A stretch of DNA of 64,000 nt from Rhynchopus sp. YZ270_cl-10 (Eukaryota): contig OZ037833.1 in the NCBI GenBank assembly GCA_964035575.1, forward strand, positions 2,852,001-2,916,000, given 5' to 3'. Below the pieces are notes generated by a model. That model searched no databases. It was not told where the DNA came from and saw only the letters and a program-made list of their open reading frames with translations. The position numbers were made by a program, and so were the translations under genes. Below, in pieces: positions 1 through 11,687 of the stretch; the stretch's first letter is position 1; every line of letters begins with the position of its first letter.

Positions 1-447
1 AAAACGAGAATTTGTCCATTTCGGCAAATTGACCCCACCACTGGCCGGACGGATTCCGGAAATGCAAATGCCGGCGTTTAAAAGCTTGACCAACGAAAAC
101 AAATTTCCAACACGTGAATGCCCCCATGACAACTGTGTAGAAACACGGGGAATCGGTTATGCAGCCACGCCAAAAAATGTGCAATTTTAAGCGAAATGTT
201 ATCGAAGTCTTGTTGGCGTGAAAGAGCAGGAGAAACATGCAGAAAACAAAAAATATCCGTTTTTGCACACTTACACACACGTACCCACAAATACTCCACA
301 AGTACCAACACTTACGCACACTTACGTACACTTACGCACATTTACACCCACTTACGCACAACTGAGCACAACTGGCCAGAACTGAGCACAATTACGCCAC
401 AATTACACCACAATTACAGCACAATTACAGCGGCCCAAAACGGTACA
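1..447. mobile_element. Right end of a non-autonomous TIR element (second copy of 11291-12811), cut by the window start
   Basis: Colinear with about 12331-12811 (GTCCATTTCGGCAAATTGACCCC...ACAGCGGCCCAAAACGGTACA); similarity stops at the terminal AAAACGGTACA (437-447). Confidence 0.85.
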
Positions 448-711
448 TTTTCTCCCTTCATTTCTCTTCCCCTCCCGCCCCTTCCCTGATATTGATTGCT
501 GTGACCGATCCTTACCAATTATGATCTAGGCTTTACACTCCATAGGGTTACCGACAAACCCCTTTTTTTTTGATTTTTTTTTTCCATCTCATTCTTTCCC
601 ACTCCACCCCAAGGTCACTTTGCACTTTGTCTTACACCCTCTTGGATATTTCTCCTTTTCCCTTCTAATTTATCTTTTCCTCCTTTCCTCCTTTCCCATT
701 TCTCCCCTTTG

Positions 712-2964
712 ATGTCCGTAGGCGAGAAAAAGCGGAAGTTTGAGAAGATCTGCAGTGCTGACCCTGCACCAGAGTTTGTCTGCCCTGTGTGCTATGAACT
801 GCTGCACGAGCCGATCCGGCTGCGTTGTTCTCATGTGTTTTGTTGGATATGCCTGTCGAAATGGTTGGCAAGCAACGATGGAAAGCTGACATGCCCTTTG
901 GACCGTACTGCACCAGACGGTCTCCCTTCGCTCATAGACGAGGCACTTCAACAGCGCATCGTCTCCGCACACCCAGAAGAGTCCAAACGCAGACACGATT
1001 ATGTCGAAGCAGAGAAACGCCTTATGTTCCGCGACGTCGTCGACTTCCTACGTACCCGCAGCCACGTCAACGCACGTCTGGTCACCAATCTCAAACGCTC
1101 TGACTCAGGTGTCGCCCTCGAATCCGGATCGCGTCTAGAAAATGCGTTGCTTAGTCTCCCACGAGGTGAATTTGTTCCCCCCCTGTTTCGGTGTCAGGCA
1201 TACAGCATGAACCACGCACTGCACGTCACGTCGTTGCAGTATTATATGTCGCCTGCGTTGCAACAGGTGCAAAGCTTGCTGTTGTTGGACATCCAGGCAG
1301 GGCACAGTGTGTTGAATGTGGGAACCGGAGGGGGGCTGGTTGCGGCGTTGGCGGCGCAGATGACGACGGAGGTGGGGGTGGTGCATGGAATCGATGTGCG
1401 TCCTGTTCTTGTTGACTTTGCAAGGGACAACATTCTTGCACAGAGTGCCCGCGTCTCCTCTGCACAGACAATGCGACGCACCGGTGAATCCAACCCTGCA
1501 ACAGTGTACCGCGACTTCCTCCCCGGGGTGGTCCACGAAGGCTACCTCACACCACCGAAGGAGACGCGCCCGCCACACCTCTTCTACCTATACGCCGACA
1601 CCCTCGAGATCTCTACAGGCCAGTTTACCGGTAAAGTGCATTGGCCGCACAGAGGCAAGACAGTGGCGTTCTGCAAAGGCCGCATCACGTTGTGTGCGAA
1701 CGGCATCGACGCAGACATTGTCATCCGCGAAACGCAGGTTCACGTAACGAGGTACACCTGGGACCAGTTGGATTGGCTGCCTGCGGAATATTCGTTGCAT
1801 TGGCGTGGTGGGGTGCTTTCGGGTGCAGACTCGCAGGGGTGGGGTCTGGCGTGCAAGGTGGTCGAACGCAACGCACTCAGCGCAGCACCCAACTTCGACC
1901 ACGTGACCCTCCACACCGCCAACGTTCTCGACCCTAACGACATGGCGCCGCTCATTTCACGCCTCCCTGGGGGCTACGACCGCATACACTGCTGCTGCGA
2001 ATGCTCGGAAGAGTCTGTTGCGCAGATCCTCCGCTATCTCAAGGTAGGCGGCGTGATGGTGACACACATTGCAGGCCATATGAGTGTTGTGACGCGGACG
2101 GAGGATGGGTACGATGTGGAGACGAAGGGGCGGGTAGCTTCGGAGAAGCTGCTTTCTGTGGAGGAGGGGGTGGGGCGGGTGGAGGAGGACCGCAGGCGTG
2201 CAGAGGTGCGTGCTGAGGAGCGTGCGAGGGCGGAGGGGGGGACGTACTGCAGTCGGTGCTGTGGCGCGCCGTTGTGCAATGCGGCCAATGAGATTGACGT
2301 ATCGCCGGTCATAGGGTGCAGTTTGGAAGTGGCAGACTCGACCGGTCTCCTCTTTGCACCAGGCAGCGCCCAAGCAGGTCTGACCCTCGACAGCGCAGAC
2401 CACGACTACATCAGCACCCCTCTCCTCAGCGCCTCTGTTGCCCCCATCCGCTGTGCATCGTGCGCCCTCTCCGTGGGCCTCCGCTTCACCCGCCCCCCAC
2501 CAGAAAAGCGTGGCCTCTTTGAATGGCGCAATGCACTCCTCCTCTCCTCCACGCTGGTCGAGCTGCGTGGTGACAGCGACAGCGATTCTGGTAGTGTTTC
2601 GGTTCCTCCTTCACCTCAGGTGCAGTGTGGGAATGGGGTGGTACGGTGTGCGGGGTGTAAGAACGTTCTCGCGCAGTCTGCACAGCTTCTCTCGTGCAGA
2701 TACCGCTGGCGGACGGACGACACGTTACCGTTGGAGCCGGCAGCGTATTTCAACAGCCTCATACCAGGTGCGACACGTCACGGCAAGCCTACAGAGATGA
2801 CTGTCTCGCAAGGGCGTATGAACGTTTCTCTCCTCTACTGTGCTGACTGTGATGCCGAGGTAGGGTGGCGCTTTGTCTCCCATCTTATTCCAGCACAGCG
2901 CTACGGGCTTCTATTCCACGAAGGGCGCTGTGGTCTCGTTGTTTCAAAGGTATGGCGGTGTTAG
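712..2964 (+). CDS. RING-finger + PCMTD/PIMT-like methyltransferase domain (with large insert) + two Yippee-like Zn domains; putative E3 ubiquitin ligase
   Basis: RING CPVC..CSHVFCWIC..CPLD (781-906); PIMT-family motifs LPRGEFVP..AY, VLNVGTGGG, VHGID, YDRIHC, LKVGGVMV; two CxxC...CxxC-xx-VG domains, the second with a Yippee-like YCADCDAEVGWRF...EGR tail. Confidence 0.85.
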   Translation: MSVGEKKRKFEKICSADPAPEFVCPVCYELLHEPIRLRCSHVFCWICLSKWLASNDGKLTCPLDRTAPDGLPSLIDEALQQRIVSAHPEESKRRHDYVEAEKRLMFRDVVDFLRTRSHVNARLVTNLKRSDSGVALESGSRLENALLSLPRGEFVPPLFRCQAYSMNHALHVTSLQYYMSPALQQVQSLLLLDIQAGHSVLNVGTGGGLVAALAAQMTTEVGVVHGIDVRPVLVDFARDNILAQSARVSSAQTMRRTGESNPATVYRDFLPGVVHEGYLTPPKETRPPHLFYLYADTLEISTGQFTGKVHWPHRGKTVAFCKGRITLCANGIDADIVIRETQVHVTRYTWDQLDWLPAEYSLHWRGGVLSGADSQGWGLACKVVERNALSAAPNFDHVTLHTANVLDPNDMAPLISRLPGGYDRIHCCCECSEESVAQILRYLKVGGVMVTHIAGHMSVVTRTEDGYDVETKGRVASEKLLSVEEGVGRVEEDRRRAEVRAEERARAEGGTYCSRCCGAPLCNAANEIDVSPVIGCSLEVADSTGLLFAPGSAQAGLTLDSADHDYISTPLLSASVAPIRCASCALSVGLRFTRPPPEKRGLFEWRNALLLSSTLVELRGDSDSDSGSVSVPPSPQVQCGNGVVRCAGCKNVLAQSAQLLSCRYRWRTDDTLPLEPAAYFNSLIPGATRHGKPTEMTVSQGRMNVSLLYCADCDAEVGWRFVSHLIPAQRYGLLFHEGRCGLVVSKVWRC

Positions 2965-5900
2965 GCGTGCTTTTGTCATATTTTGTGTTTTTCTATCGCA
3001 GGTAACAGGAATCAAAACGGTACCCTATCCGAAAATTGTGTTGCGTTCTTTTGTATCGCGTCCGCCGTCGGGGTTGATGGCATGAACGAAAACCATTTGA
3101 GAGTAAAAAAGTTATTGAAAGAAACCAGCTCTCAGCAGAGGCAGACAGAAAATATGATTTTCTTGTTAATGCCCAAGCTGTTAGCTGAAAGGTGGAGGTC
3201 GTGACGGCATTTTTATTTTTCCTTCAATGAAAAAGCTGGATTCGCGCAAGAAAGAAAGAAAAAAAATGTAGCAATCCTTGTCCGCATTGAAATTTTTGAA
3301 CCATTTTATTTTGGAAAAAAAAGAAAGCAAGTCTTTTAAGTTGTGTTCAAATGTACACTACTTTAGTACCTACTGTCACACAATGTTAAATGCGCCCTTT
3401 TTTTTGTCTTTTTCACGTTTGTTTTGTTCTTGAAAATACAACAAAACCGTACAAACGATGGGGGGGAGGGGGATAGTTCTTGCTATGACAACACAACTTC
3501 TTTGTGTTCTCTGTTTTATATTTTAGACTGCCGCCCCCCCACGGGGGCCAAGGTTTATCTTTAAAAACTTTCTTTCCAGTGCCTTGTGCTCGTTGGTGTT
3601 CCGGCGAGACGTTTTTGCACTTCTTTCACCGACTCTTTGTTAGCAAGCAATGACGAAATGGGATGAAGGTCATCTTGTACAGCTTGTATTTTTTATTTTT
3701 TTGTCTTGGTCTTGAGGGCACCGACAGCGCTCCCTGCTTCTGCAGGATGTCGCTGTTGTGTGGTAGGGGGTAGGGGTTTTGCAGCACTCTCTTGTGCACC
3801 ACCTCCTCCTCCTCCTCCTCCTCTGTTGTCTTTGTGGAGTGCTTTTCCTTCTAAGCTGCCCTCCTTGGCTTTGGCAACCCGACTGCAACTACCCAACCCT
3901 TCCCTGCAGGTCGGCCTTCTCTGTTGTTTTACTTTGAAAAGGAAAAAAAGGAAAAAAAAAAGAATTTTAATAACTCTCCACGCAGCTGTCACCCCATGTG
4001 ACCAGAAAAAATTCCCCCCGAACTACGGAACAAATCCTTTTTATAAAATGTTGATTCTCCGATCCAGAAAATCATTATTTTTTTTTGGGTGTTTTTACAC
4101 ACCATTCAAGAAATAGTGCACTGTGTGCAACCCTTCGTAAAGCTTCTCTTTACGGTGACTAAGTGCGAGAGGCATGGGTTCGTCTTATTAGCCTTTTCTT
4201 TTCTATGAATGGAACGTAAAAAAAAAAAATCCTACCAATCTTTTCTGTATTGTACCCCCTTCGCACCGTTCACACCCTTTGGTTGTTCACAAAACGACAA
4301 GGTGTTGTGGTTGGTTGGTAGGGTGACGTGCAGTACTCTTTTTTTTCTGAAGGTCTCACGCAACCAAAAGGAGAGATCCGTGTGTCCGTGTCGATTCTGC
4401 TCAACCGCGTGTCGTTTTTAGTCTCAAAAAAAAATAAAACTCTTCCCCTAAGAGGTTAACCTAATAGGTGACCCTTTCCCTTTCCCTTTCCCCGCCCCGT
4501 AAAGCGTTGTGGAAACGCATGCTTGTACACAACCGTGAGCTTTTTTTTTTTAAATCCCTAACTTTTTGACGTACAAAGTGGCAGGCAATCAACACCTCAA
4601 CTTACGTGAGGTGGTGGAAGGATGCCACGGGTCACAGGGCAAAGAAGAGCCGCTTCTGTTTTGTGGTGACTAAACCTCAGCTTACCAACTTTCTTCCGAC
4701 ACAGTGCCTGCGTCTGCTGGGTGTCAGGTAAGTGTTTGCACCTCGCAAACTTCTTTTGAAAGATGTGCGTCCACCAGAGGCACTTCATCTTTTCAAAAAA
4801 GTGTGACTAAGCAACGAGGGAGTCTTTTTACCAAACCATTTTCTCATTTAAGACGTGCACGAAAGACATTTCATCTTTCAAGTTTATTTCTCTCTTTTTT
4901 TTCAGACGTAAAACCACGAAATGGATGTATGCATGGTTGGGGTCCACCCCGGTACACCCAGTCATACCAAGGTACACTGTCACGAGCTGTTGTATTTCAA
5001 ATCAACTTTTTTAAGGTGAAACATGTCTGCTCAGACTCTTCAGCTGTTTGAGGTGAAACATGTCCGTAGAGATTCCCGATTACACCTTGTACAACCGGGC
5101 GTGGTCTCGATATGAGTGACCTTTTTGTGACCGACTACTAGGGGTGCAATGGCCGAGAACGAAAAAAAAAACAAATGTGCTCCATTTTTTTTTTTTACTT
5201 TTTTTTGACCCTTTTTTGGGCAGCAGTGTACAGAACGAACCTTGTTTGATGTTTTGGCGATTTTTTGTTGACACTACCAAAAAGAAGAAGAAAATCACTG
5301 AGAACAGTGTTTTTCTTTTGATAAAATGCCTGACCGTGTTTTGTTTTGTATTTACCTTTATATTTTTGTTTGAGATACACGTTTTGTACCAACAACAGAG
5401 AATCTGCTTATTTAGTGTATCGTTGACAGTCTTCACTGTCCGCAAGCACACTCTCAATTTTTTTTTTGTTTTTTTCTTTTGGGTGGCCTTCACCCACAGA
5501 GGTTTGCACTTCCCTTCCAACTTCTAACTTTCCTACTTTTATTATGTTTCACGCTTGGGATCGTCTTACAAACTATTTTCTTTTGGAATGGAGTCGTCCA
5601 TATTTGGTGTCCAAAAAACGCCTAAAAACTTGCAAATACGCCAAACAAAATTATTCCCCAAAAATTTTGGTAGGCTATTTCACAACTCATCGAGAAGGTT
5701 TCTCTCTTTAGATGTGTACACGAAAAATGGTGCAAATATTGTTACTCACATCCCACCTTTTGCATGAGAACAGCCGAGCTGCGTTTTTTTAGCACATTTC
5801 AATTGCTGTCATAAAACAAAACACCGATGGGGGAAAACATAGATGGGGTAAAAACTAAGGGGTTTTACATTGCCAGTGTTTGTTGTAAGATAGTACTCTT

Positions 5901-6664
5901 TGTTTCGCACGTTTTTCAAAAAAAAAAGCTACTTTCCAGAGTTGAGGACGATTTGCGTCTGTATCTTTTAAGTATACAGCCTTCGGGCGGCATTGAGTAC
6001 TGATCCTGCCATAGCAGGTTGATGGACTACAACAAAAACAAACGTCGCATTTTATGAAGCGCAGAAGCGCTTTCCCCACATAATACGTAAATTCTCTCTT
6101 TTTTTGTGCCGACAACGACGTCCTTTATATCCCACATAAAGCCCAATACCCCCAGAAGGAATGCCTGGCTCAAATTCGTTTCCATGTAACCCAGTAGGCA
6201 TTCCCTTTCCCCCCCTTTTTTGTCATGACGAAGAAAGATCGTGGCTGCTATCCCGTGAGAGTGATCTTAATCAATCCTTTAACGCCAGGAGTGCGTCCTT
6301 TCTGTCCCCTAGTGGGTCAGGTGGGTATTCCATGGTGTTCGTGTGAACCAAACCTTTGATTCTTTCCCTTTGTATTATTATCTGAAATTAGCGGAATGTG
6401 AAGCGTTGCGCACAAAAAAAGGTGGTACAATTTTCAATGCAAATAAAGCAAAAATAAACAAAACTTTTTATGTAATTGTGTCCAGACTTTTATATAGGGG
6501 GTCAGAACTGAGGGCAATCCTCAGTTATTGAAAAAAAAAAAAAAATTCCCCTTTTCGGAGGGTGTTCAAATTTCCCGTTTTTCCCTTTTCTCCCGTTTTT
6601 CCCTTTGTCTTTGCCATTTTTTTTTCCAAAAAAAAAAAATTTTTTTTTTTTGACAAGGCAATTT

Positions 6665-7612
6665 TCAGGTGAAAAAAAATTTTTTTTTTCGAAAAAATTT
6701 TGGCCCCCTGAGGTGGGTCTGGGGGCACCGAAAAATGCCAAAAAACGCAAAAATTGGCTGTTTTGAGCATCTGTGGTTACACCAAATACACGTCTCTGAA
6801 CAAGCCTATACTATACCCAAAAGTGGCTAGGCAAGGACGTGTTTGACCAAAAAAAAAAAATTTTTTTTTTCAAAAAAATCGAGTTTTCGTCACCTGTGGG
6901 TGGTCGTAGGATCGAAATTTGCGAAAAATTTTCACTTTTTTTTTTTGACCCAAAAAAATTTTTTTCGACAAGGCAACGGGAAAAATGACTAAGGGGAAAG
7001 GGGAAAAAAGGGAAAAACGGGAAATTTGAGGATCCTCTATTTTGAGGATCATTTTTCACAGTCACATTTTACCTTAGCAAAATCTGAAAAAAAAAATTTT
7101 TTTTTTTCGAAAAATTTTTAGACCCCTGGGGTGGGTCTGGGGGCACCGAAAAATGCAAAAAAACGTAAAAATCGGGTGTTTTGAGCATCTGTGGTTACAC
7201 CATATACACGTCTCTGTACAAGCCTATACTATAGGCAAGGCGCTGTTTGATCCAAAAAAAAAAATTTTTTTTTCACGAAAACCGAGTTTTCGTCACCTGT
7301 GGGTGGTCGTCGGATCGAAATTTGTGAAAAATTTTCACTTTTTTTTTTTGACCCAAAAAAATTTTTTTTCGACAAGGCAACGGGAAAAATGACTAAGGGG
7401 AAAGGGGAAAAAAGGGAAAAACGGGAATTTTGAGGATCCTCTATTTTGAGGATCGTTTTCACAGTCACATTTTACCTTAGCAAAATCTGAAAAAAAAATT
7501 TTTTTTTCGAAAATTTTTTAGACCCCTGGGGTGGGTCTGGGGGCACCGAAAAATGCAAAAAAACGTAAAAATCGGGTGTTTTGAGCATCTGTGGTTACAC
7601 CATATACACGTC
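6665..7612. repeat. Tandem repeat, about 2.3 copies of a 400-420 bp A/T-tract-rich unit
   Basis: GGGGGCACCGAAAAATGC recurs at about 6721, 7140 and 7539; about 6560-6610 is an inverted partial copy of the unit's purine-rich segment. Probably the interior of a non-autonomous transposon. Confidence 0.85.
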
Positions 7613-9727
7613 TGTAACCCCACATAGGCCCATTACCATGGTTTCGTTAGCTCTTGTGGCATGCCCTCCTGCAGTTTCCTGCTCATCGGCGGCCTCTAGT
7701 CCGTGTGGACTTGGGCCACTACCAGCTTCCGGAGGAGCGACGCTCACGTGCGAGCGTCGGACCGGTCACTGCTCTGGGTGCCATGTGCTTTAGCCAATTC
7801 TTGACGAGGATGGGGGTGCAGACCGCCTAGTCCGGACGGTCGGAGGGAACCTTCCCCACCACACGTCAGTTCTCCTAAGCTCCTTGTGACTTGACTCGTG
7901 CCGGTGCTGGTGTCTCTTCTTGTGACCCACCGAGCACGCAGCCAACAGTGCGTCAAACCCTCAAGATCCTGTAGCACCGAGGGTGTGTGAGCCCAAATCG
8001 TCTGCGCCAGGACATACGCCGTCTGCCATCAAGCGGAGGGTGCTCCAATACTCCTCAGACACGAAGGAGCAATCACAGCGATCACGAACCACGCGATTGA
8101 GGCGGTTTCACAGGTGGTCAGCGGGGGAAGCATACGATGCTTCACAAAGCAACACCGCTTCCGGAGATGACCGGCTCCCCTCTTCCTCAACATGCACCAG
8201 AGCCCTATTTTTCACAAGCGGTCCCGAAACCTTAAAGTTTGCGCAAGCCCTGGAGTCATCCGATGACGCAAGGCAAGTCACTCTCCCAAAGCGATGGCAT
8301 TGGATGGCAGTATCCGAAGTCAGATCTCCGGGAAATATTGAATCCTTAATGGACGACTTCAATGTGATCGCTGCCTTCTCCCTCTACGTCCCACCCTTCA
8401 AGAACACGGAGACTCGCAAGCTGCAAGTAATTTGAGGTTGTTTCTGCGAGCCCCGACCTAAACCGTTCATCTTCAGAGATATGTACAGTGTGCGCACTAC
8501 TTTCCGCAGGAAGAACGGGCCCATTTTGGGCTCCGACCTCAGAGGCCGTTTTCGAAGACAGCTACAGTGGGATATTTTGGTTCCTCAATTTTTTATAACA
8601 AAAGCGACAATCTGCCTATGTGCTTGAAAAATGCTGTGCATTTTTGGTAGAATTTTTTAAAAATTGCTATGCTCCCCTATGACTGGACCCAACTCCCCTC
8701 ACTCTTTTTTTGGTCAAAAACACCCCAAATTTTTCTACCGTTTTTTCCGTTTTTGACCTTTTTAGACACCCTCCTTCGGACCTAAAAAAATGACTATTTA
8801 TTAAATGAAAATCAGATCGCTTGATTTTCACGCGTGGGTGACTTTTTCACGAGTGAGGTTTACTTCACGAGCGAAGCGAGTGGAGTAATAGAAACGAGTG
8901 AAAAAGTCACCCACAAGTGAAAATCTGCCTGATTTTCATTTAATACGTAATTTTATTCAAAATTTGATGAAGTTGAGATGGAAAAAATGGATGAACGTGT
9001 GAAGGAGAAAACGTGGTGTGTCATAATAAACCCGTGGTGAGTGGTGTTTGCGAGGCAGAGGGTGGGTGGGGGGTAGGTACTACAGAAAAATACCCCCATT
9101 TTAAAAATACTCCCTGACCCCGTATCATGTAGGTGTTTAAAGTACTATGTGCGATGTGAACATCTCACATGTTGGTGCAGAGGAGCTAGGCTGCACTCTT
9201 TATGTTCTCTTTGACTCGGACATAGGTGCAACACTTCATGTACTCCTTCTCGTGTGCGGTTGATGAAGCTGTTGCGAGCGTGTTATCCATTGCAGTGTCT
9301 GCCTCTTCCTTTATGCTGACCTCCGTGTTCCTCATCACCCACGTCTTCGGCTTCCTCCCCATAGTTGTTGTGAGGAAACAAGGACACAAAAGTTGTATGC
9401 ACCGTGTTTTCTACCAATACTATTACTGGGGGGTCAAATAGTAGACCCCCCTGAAGAGTAGCCCCCTAAGCAAAAATTAGACCACATTACCACAACTACT
9501 CAAAACATGAAATCTGTTGCTTTATTTGACTCATCGTGCATTTTTGAGATCTGGACATGGGGGTCAGACTCCACTTTAGAGCACCAAAAATAGGGTCAAA
9601 AAATTTTTTTGCAAGGGGGTGGATTTTTGAATTTGTATGGGAAAAACCACTTTTGGCCGTGAGCGTGAAATAATGTTACTTTATTTTCACGGCCAGACTT
9701 TTTACGGCTAAAATACGTGTAATTATA

Positions 9728-11094
9728 CATAGCGCTCCAATTAGACTCTAACTAGATAATTAGAGTCGGCAGTTCGAGTATAATTAGAGTCTTTAAAACT
9801 CTAACTGAACTCTAATACTCTAACTGGACTCTAATTAGAGTCTAATTAGAGTCCTATAAGAGGGTCAATAAAGAGGGGCACATCAATCAATGCTATAGCC
9901 ATCAACCCAGGGGGCATAGCTAGTGCAAGAAATTCGAATTTGTAATCCAGAAAGTCTGTTCTCTGCTTGCAGAGAACCAGACACAAGAAAATATTGTTTG
10001 TTCCCCCAGAAAACCAGTGCACAATTCACACTCCTTGTGGATGGTCTTGTTGCCTTTGTAGCACAGGAATTTTGGCCCAGGGCATGCACTTGAAGCATGG
10101 CTATTTGGTGTATGGGGCAGGGTGTTGTTTTGTTATGAATTCTCTTTGGTATAACATCTAAGTCAATCGCGGGTAGTTGTTCAGCGCGTTCAGGCTTGGA
10201 TCTCTCCTGGGTTCATAAGTAGTATTTCTTCGGATGAAATGAACGTATGCTCGCTATAGATTTCCCGTCAACACAGCCGTTGATACTGGGATTATCCCTT
10301 CGACCCCTTAGTGGTAGTTAAACGCGATTGACATTTACATTCCTACAGATGAAAGAACAAGACACCACTTCTGTACCCGCGCATCAAAATTGTAGAAAAC
10401 TTTGCACCCGAAACACCTTCAATAACGCCCGCCAAAAGGCGCCCCTTGTTGCTGGGAGTTGGTTCTCATGTTTGATACCTGCACAGCGGGCATTCCTCTG
10501 AGTCCAACGCTGCTTGGCCTGTCTGCGCCGTTGCACCGAAGGTGCACATAGAGTTTTTGCATCGCATTCCCTAATGTGTGGGTCACTCACACTTGAGGGC
10601 ATGTGCCACTGCGCGGGTTTGAGTACCTGGGTACCCATAGCTGAGAATAAGCCGGGTCCCGAGTCCCGGGTTGCGCCTACTCCCGGTACTGGGTACTAGG
10701 TACAGTAGGACTAGGACTAGGCCCCCACCCTCCCGCGACCGGGTCCCCGACCCGCTTTCAGGCGGACCCACAGCGCCTTCACATATTGTGTCCTGATAAC
10801 TCGGTTCCCCAAGTCTTATTTTCAGCTATGTGGGTACCTGGGCACCTGGGTCCTACAGAGGAACCTTAGGGGGACCGGTTCCTTACGGCGTTTGCACCTA
10901 CAAGAAGCCTGTTGTTTTACTCTAATTAGACTATAATTAGAGTGTAGTTAGAGTCTAATTATGCTCTAACTGCACTCTAATTATAGTCTAATTGAAGAAA
11001 AGCGACTCTAATTATACTCTAACTGGACTCTAACTGACTTGGCCCAAAATCCCAGACTCTAATTATACCCTAATACTCTAATTAGAGCGCTATG
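9728..11094. mobile_element. MITE with TA target duplication (Tc1/mariner-like)
   Basis: TIRs CATAGCGCTCCAATTAGA / TCTAATTAGAGCGCTATG flanked by TA on both sides; subterminal arrays of CTCTAATTAGAG-like motifs at both ends. Confidence 0.8.
10636..10830. mobile_element. 195-bp MITE with 8-bp TSD (hAT-like)
   Basis: TIRs CATAGCTGAGAATAAG / CTTATTTTCAGCTATG; TGGGTACC duplicated at 10628-10635 and 10831-10838. Confidence 0.85.
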
Positions 11095-11515
11095 TATATG
11101 TAATACTTTATTTCACGCCCGTGAAATAAAGTAAAACCTGAAATTACTCGCCCAGCCATTTTTTCCATAGAAACTTTATCAAATTGAATAAAAAAAAAAA
11201 TTTTTTTTTTGGCGTTTTACTGGCTTAGAACACGACTCGTGACCAGCGGTGAAAATCTTGGGCAGTAAGCCCGGGAAAACCCGGGCTTAATGTACCGTTT
11301 TGCCTATGACACTACTGGGCACAACTAGCACCATACTCACCTGAGCTGTGCCTATATTAGGCACAATTCCAGTACAGTTTCAGCACAAGTACACACAACT
11401 AACCACAACTAACCACAATTACACCACAATTACACACAATTACACCGAAATTACGCTGGGGAAAAAAATGGTACACCACCCTACAGGGAAGCATGCCACC
11501 ACATGTAAGTGACCT

Positions 11516-11665
11516 CTGTACTGTACTGTACTGTACTGTACTGTACTGTACTGTACTGTACTGTACTGTACTGTACTGTACTGTACTGTACTGTACTGTA
11601 CTGTACTGTACTGTACTGTACTGTACTGTACTGTACTGTACTGTACTGTACTGTACTGTACTGTA
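11516..11665. repeat. (CTGTA)30 microsatellite
   Basis: Perfect pentamer array read directly from the sequence. Confidence 0.97.
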
Positions 11666-11687
11666 CTCCCAATCCCCTGTACTGTAT

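Larger units (their letters stand above)
8799..11193. mobile_element. Palindrome-rich non-autonomous element (family uncertain, Crypton-like architecture) interrupted by nested insertions
   Basis: Imperfect hairpin 8799-8945 (TATTAAATGAAAATCAG...CTGATTTTCATTTAATA) with CGAGCGAAGCGAG near the apex; about 50 bp imperfect inverted repeats at 8950-8999 and 11146-11193; perfect 14-bp stem at 11104-11133. Confidence 0.5.

Noticed and set aside
2245..2955. True cereblon CULT domain
   Set aside because: The SWFPGYxW aromatic-cage motif is absent and the pattern fits Yippee better, so imide binding is only a hypothesis.
3670..4116. Overlapping short ORFs around a (CCT)n tract
   Set aside because: Low complexity, no domain signal, and runs into homopolymer-rich intergenic DNA.
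7615..8500. Coding-like segment (ORFs 7983-8435 + and 8108-8362 -)
   Set aside because: No recognisable motifs and short interrupted frames; at most a decayed fragment.
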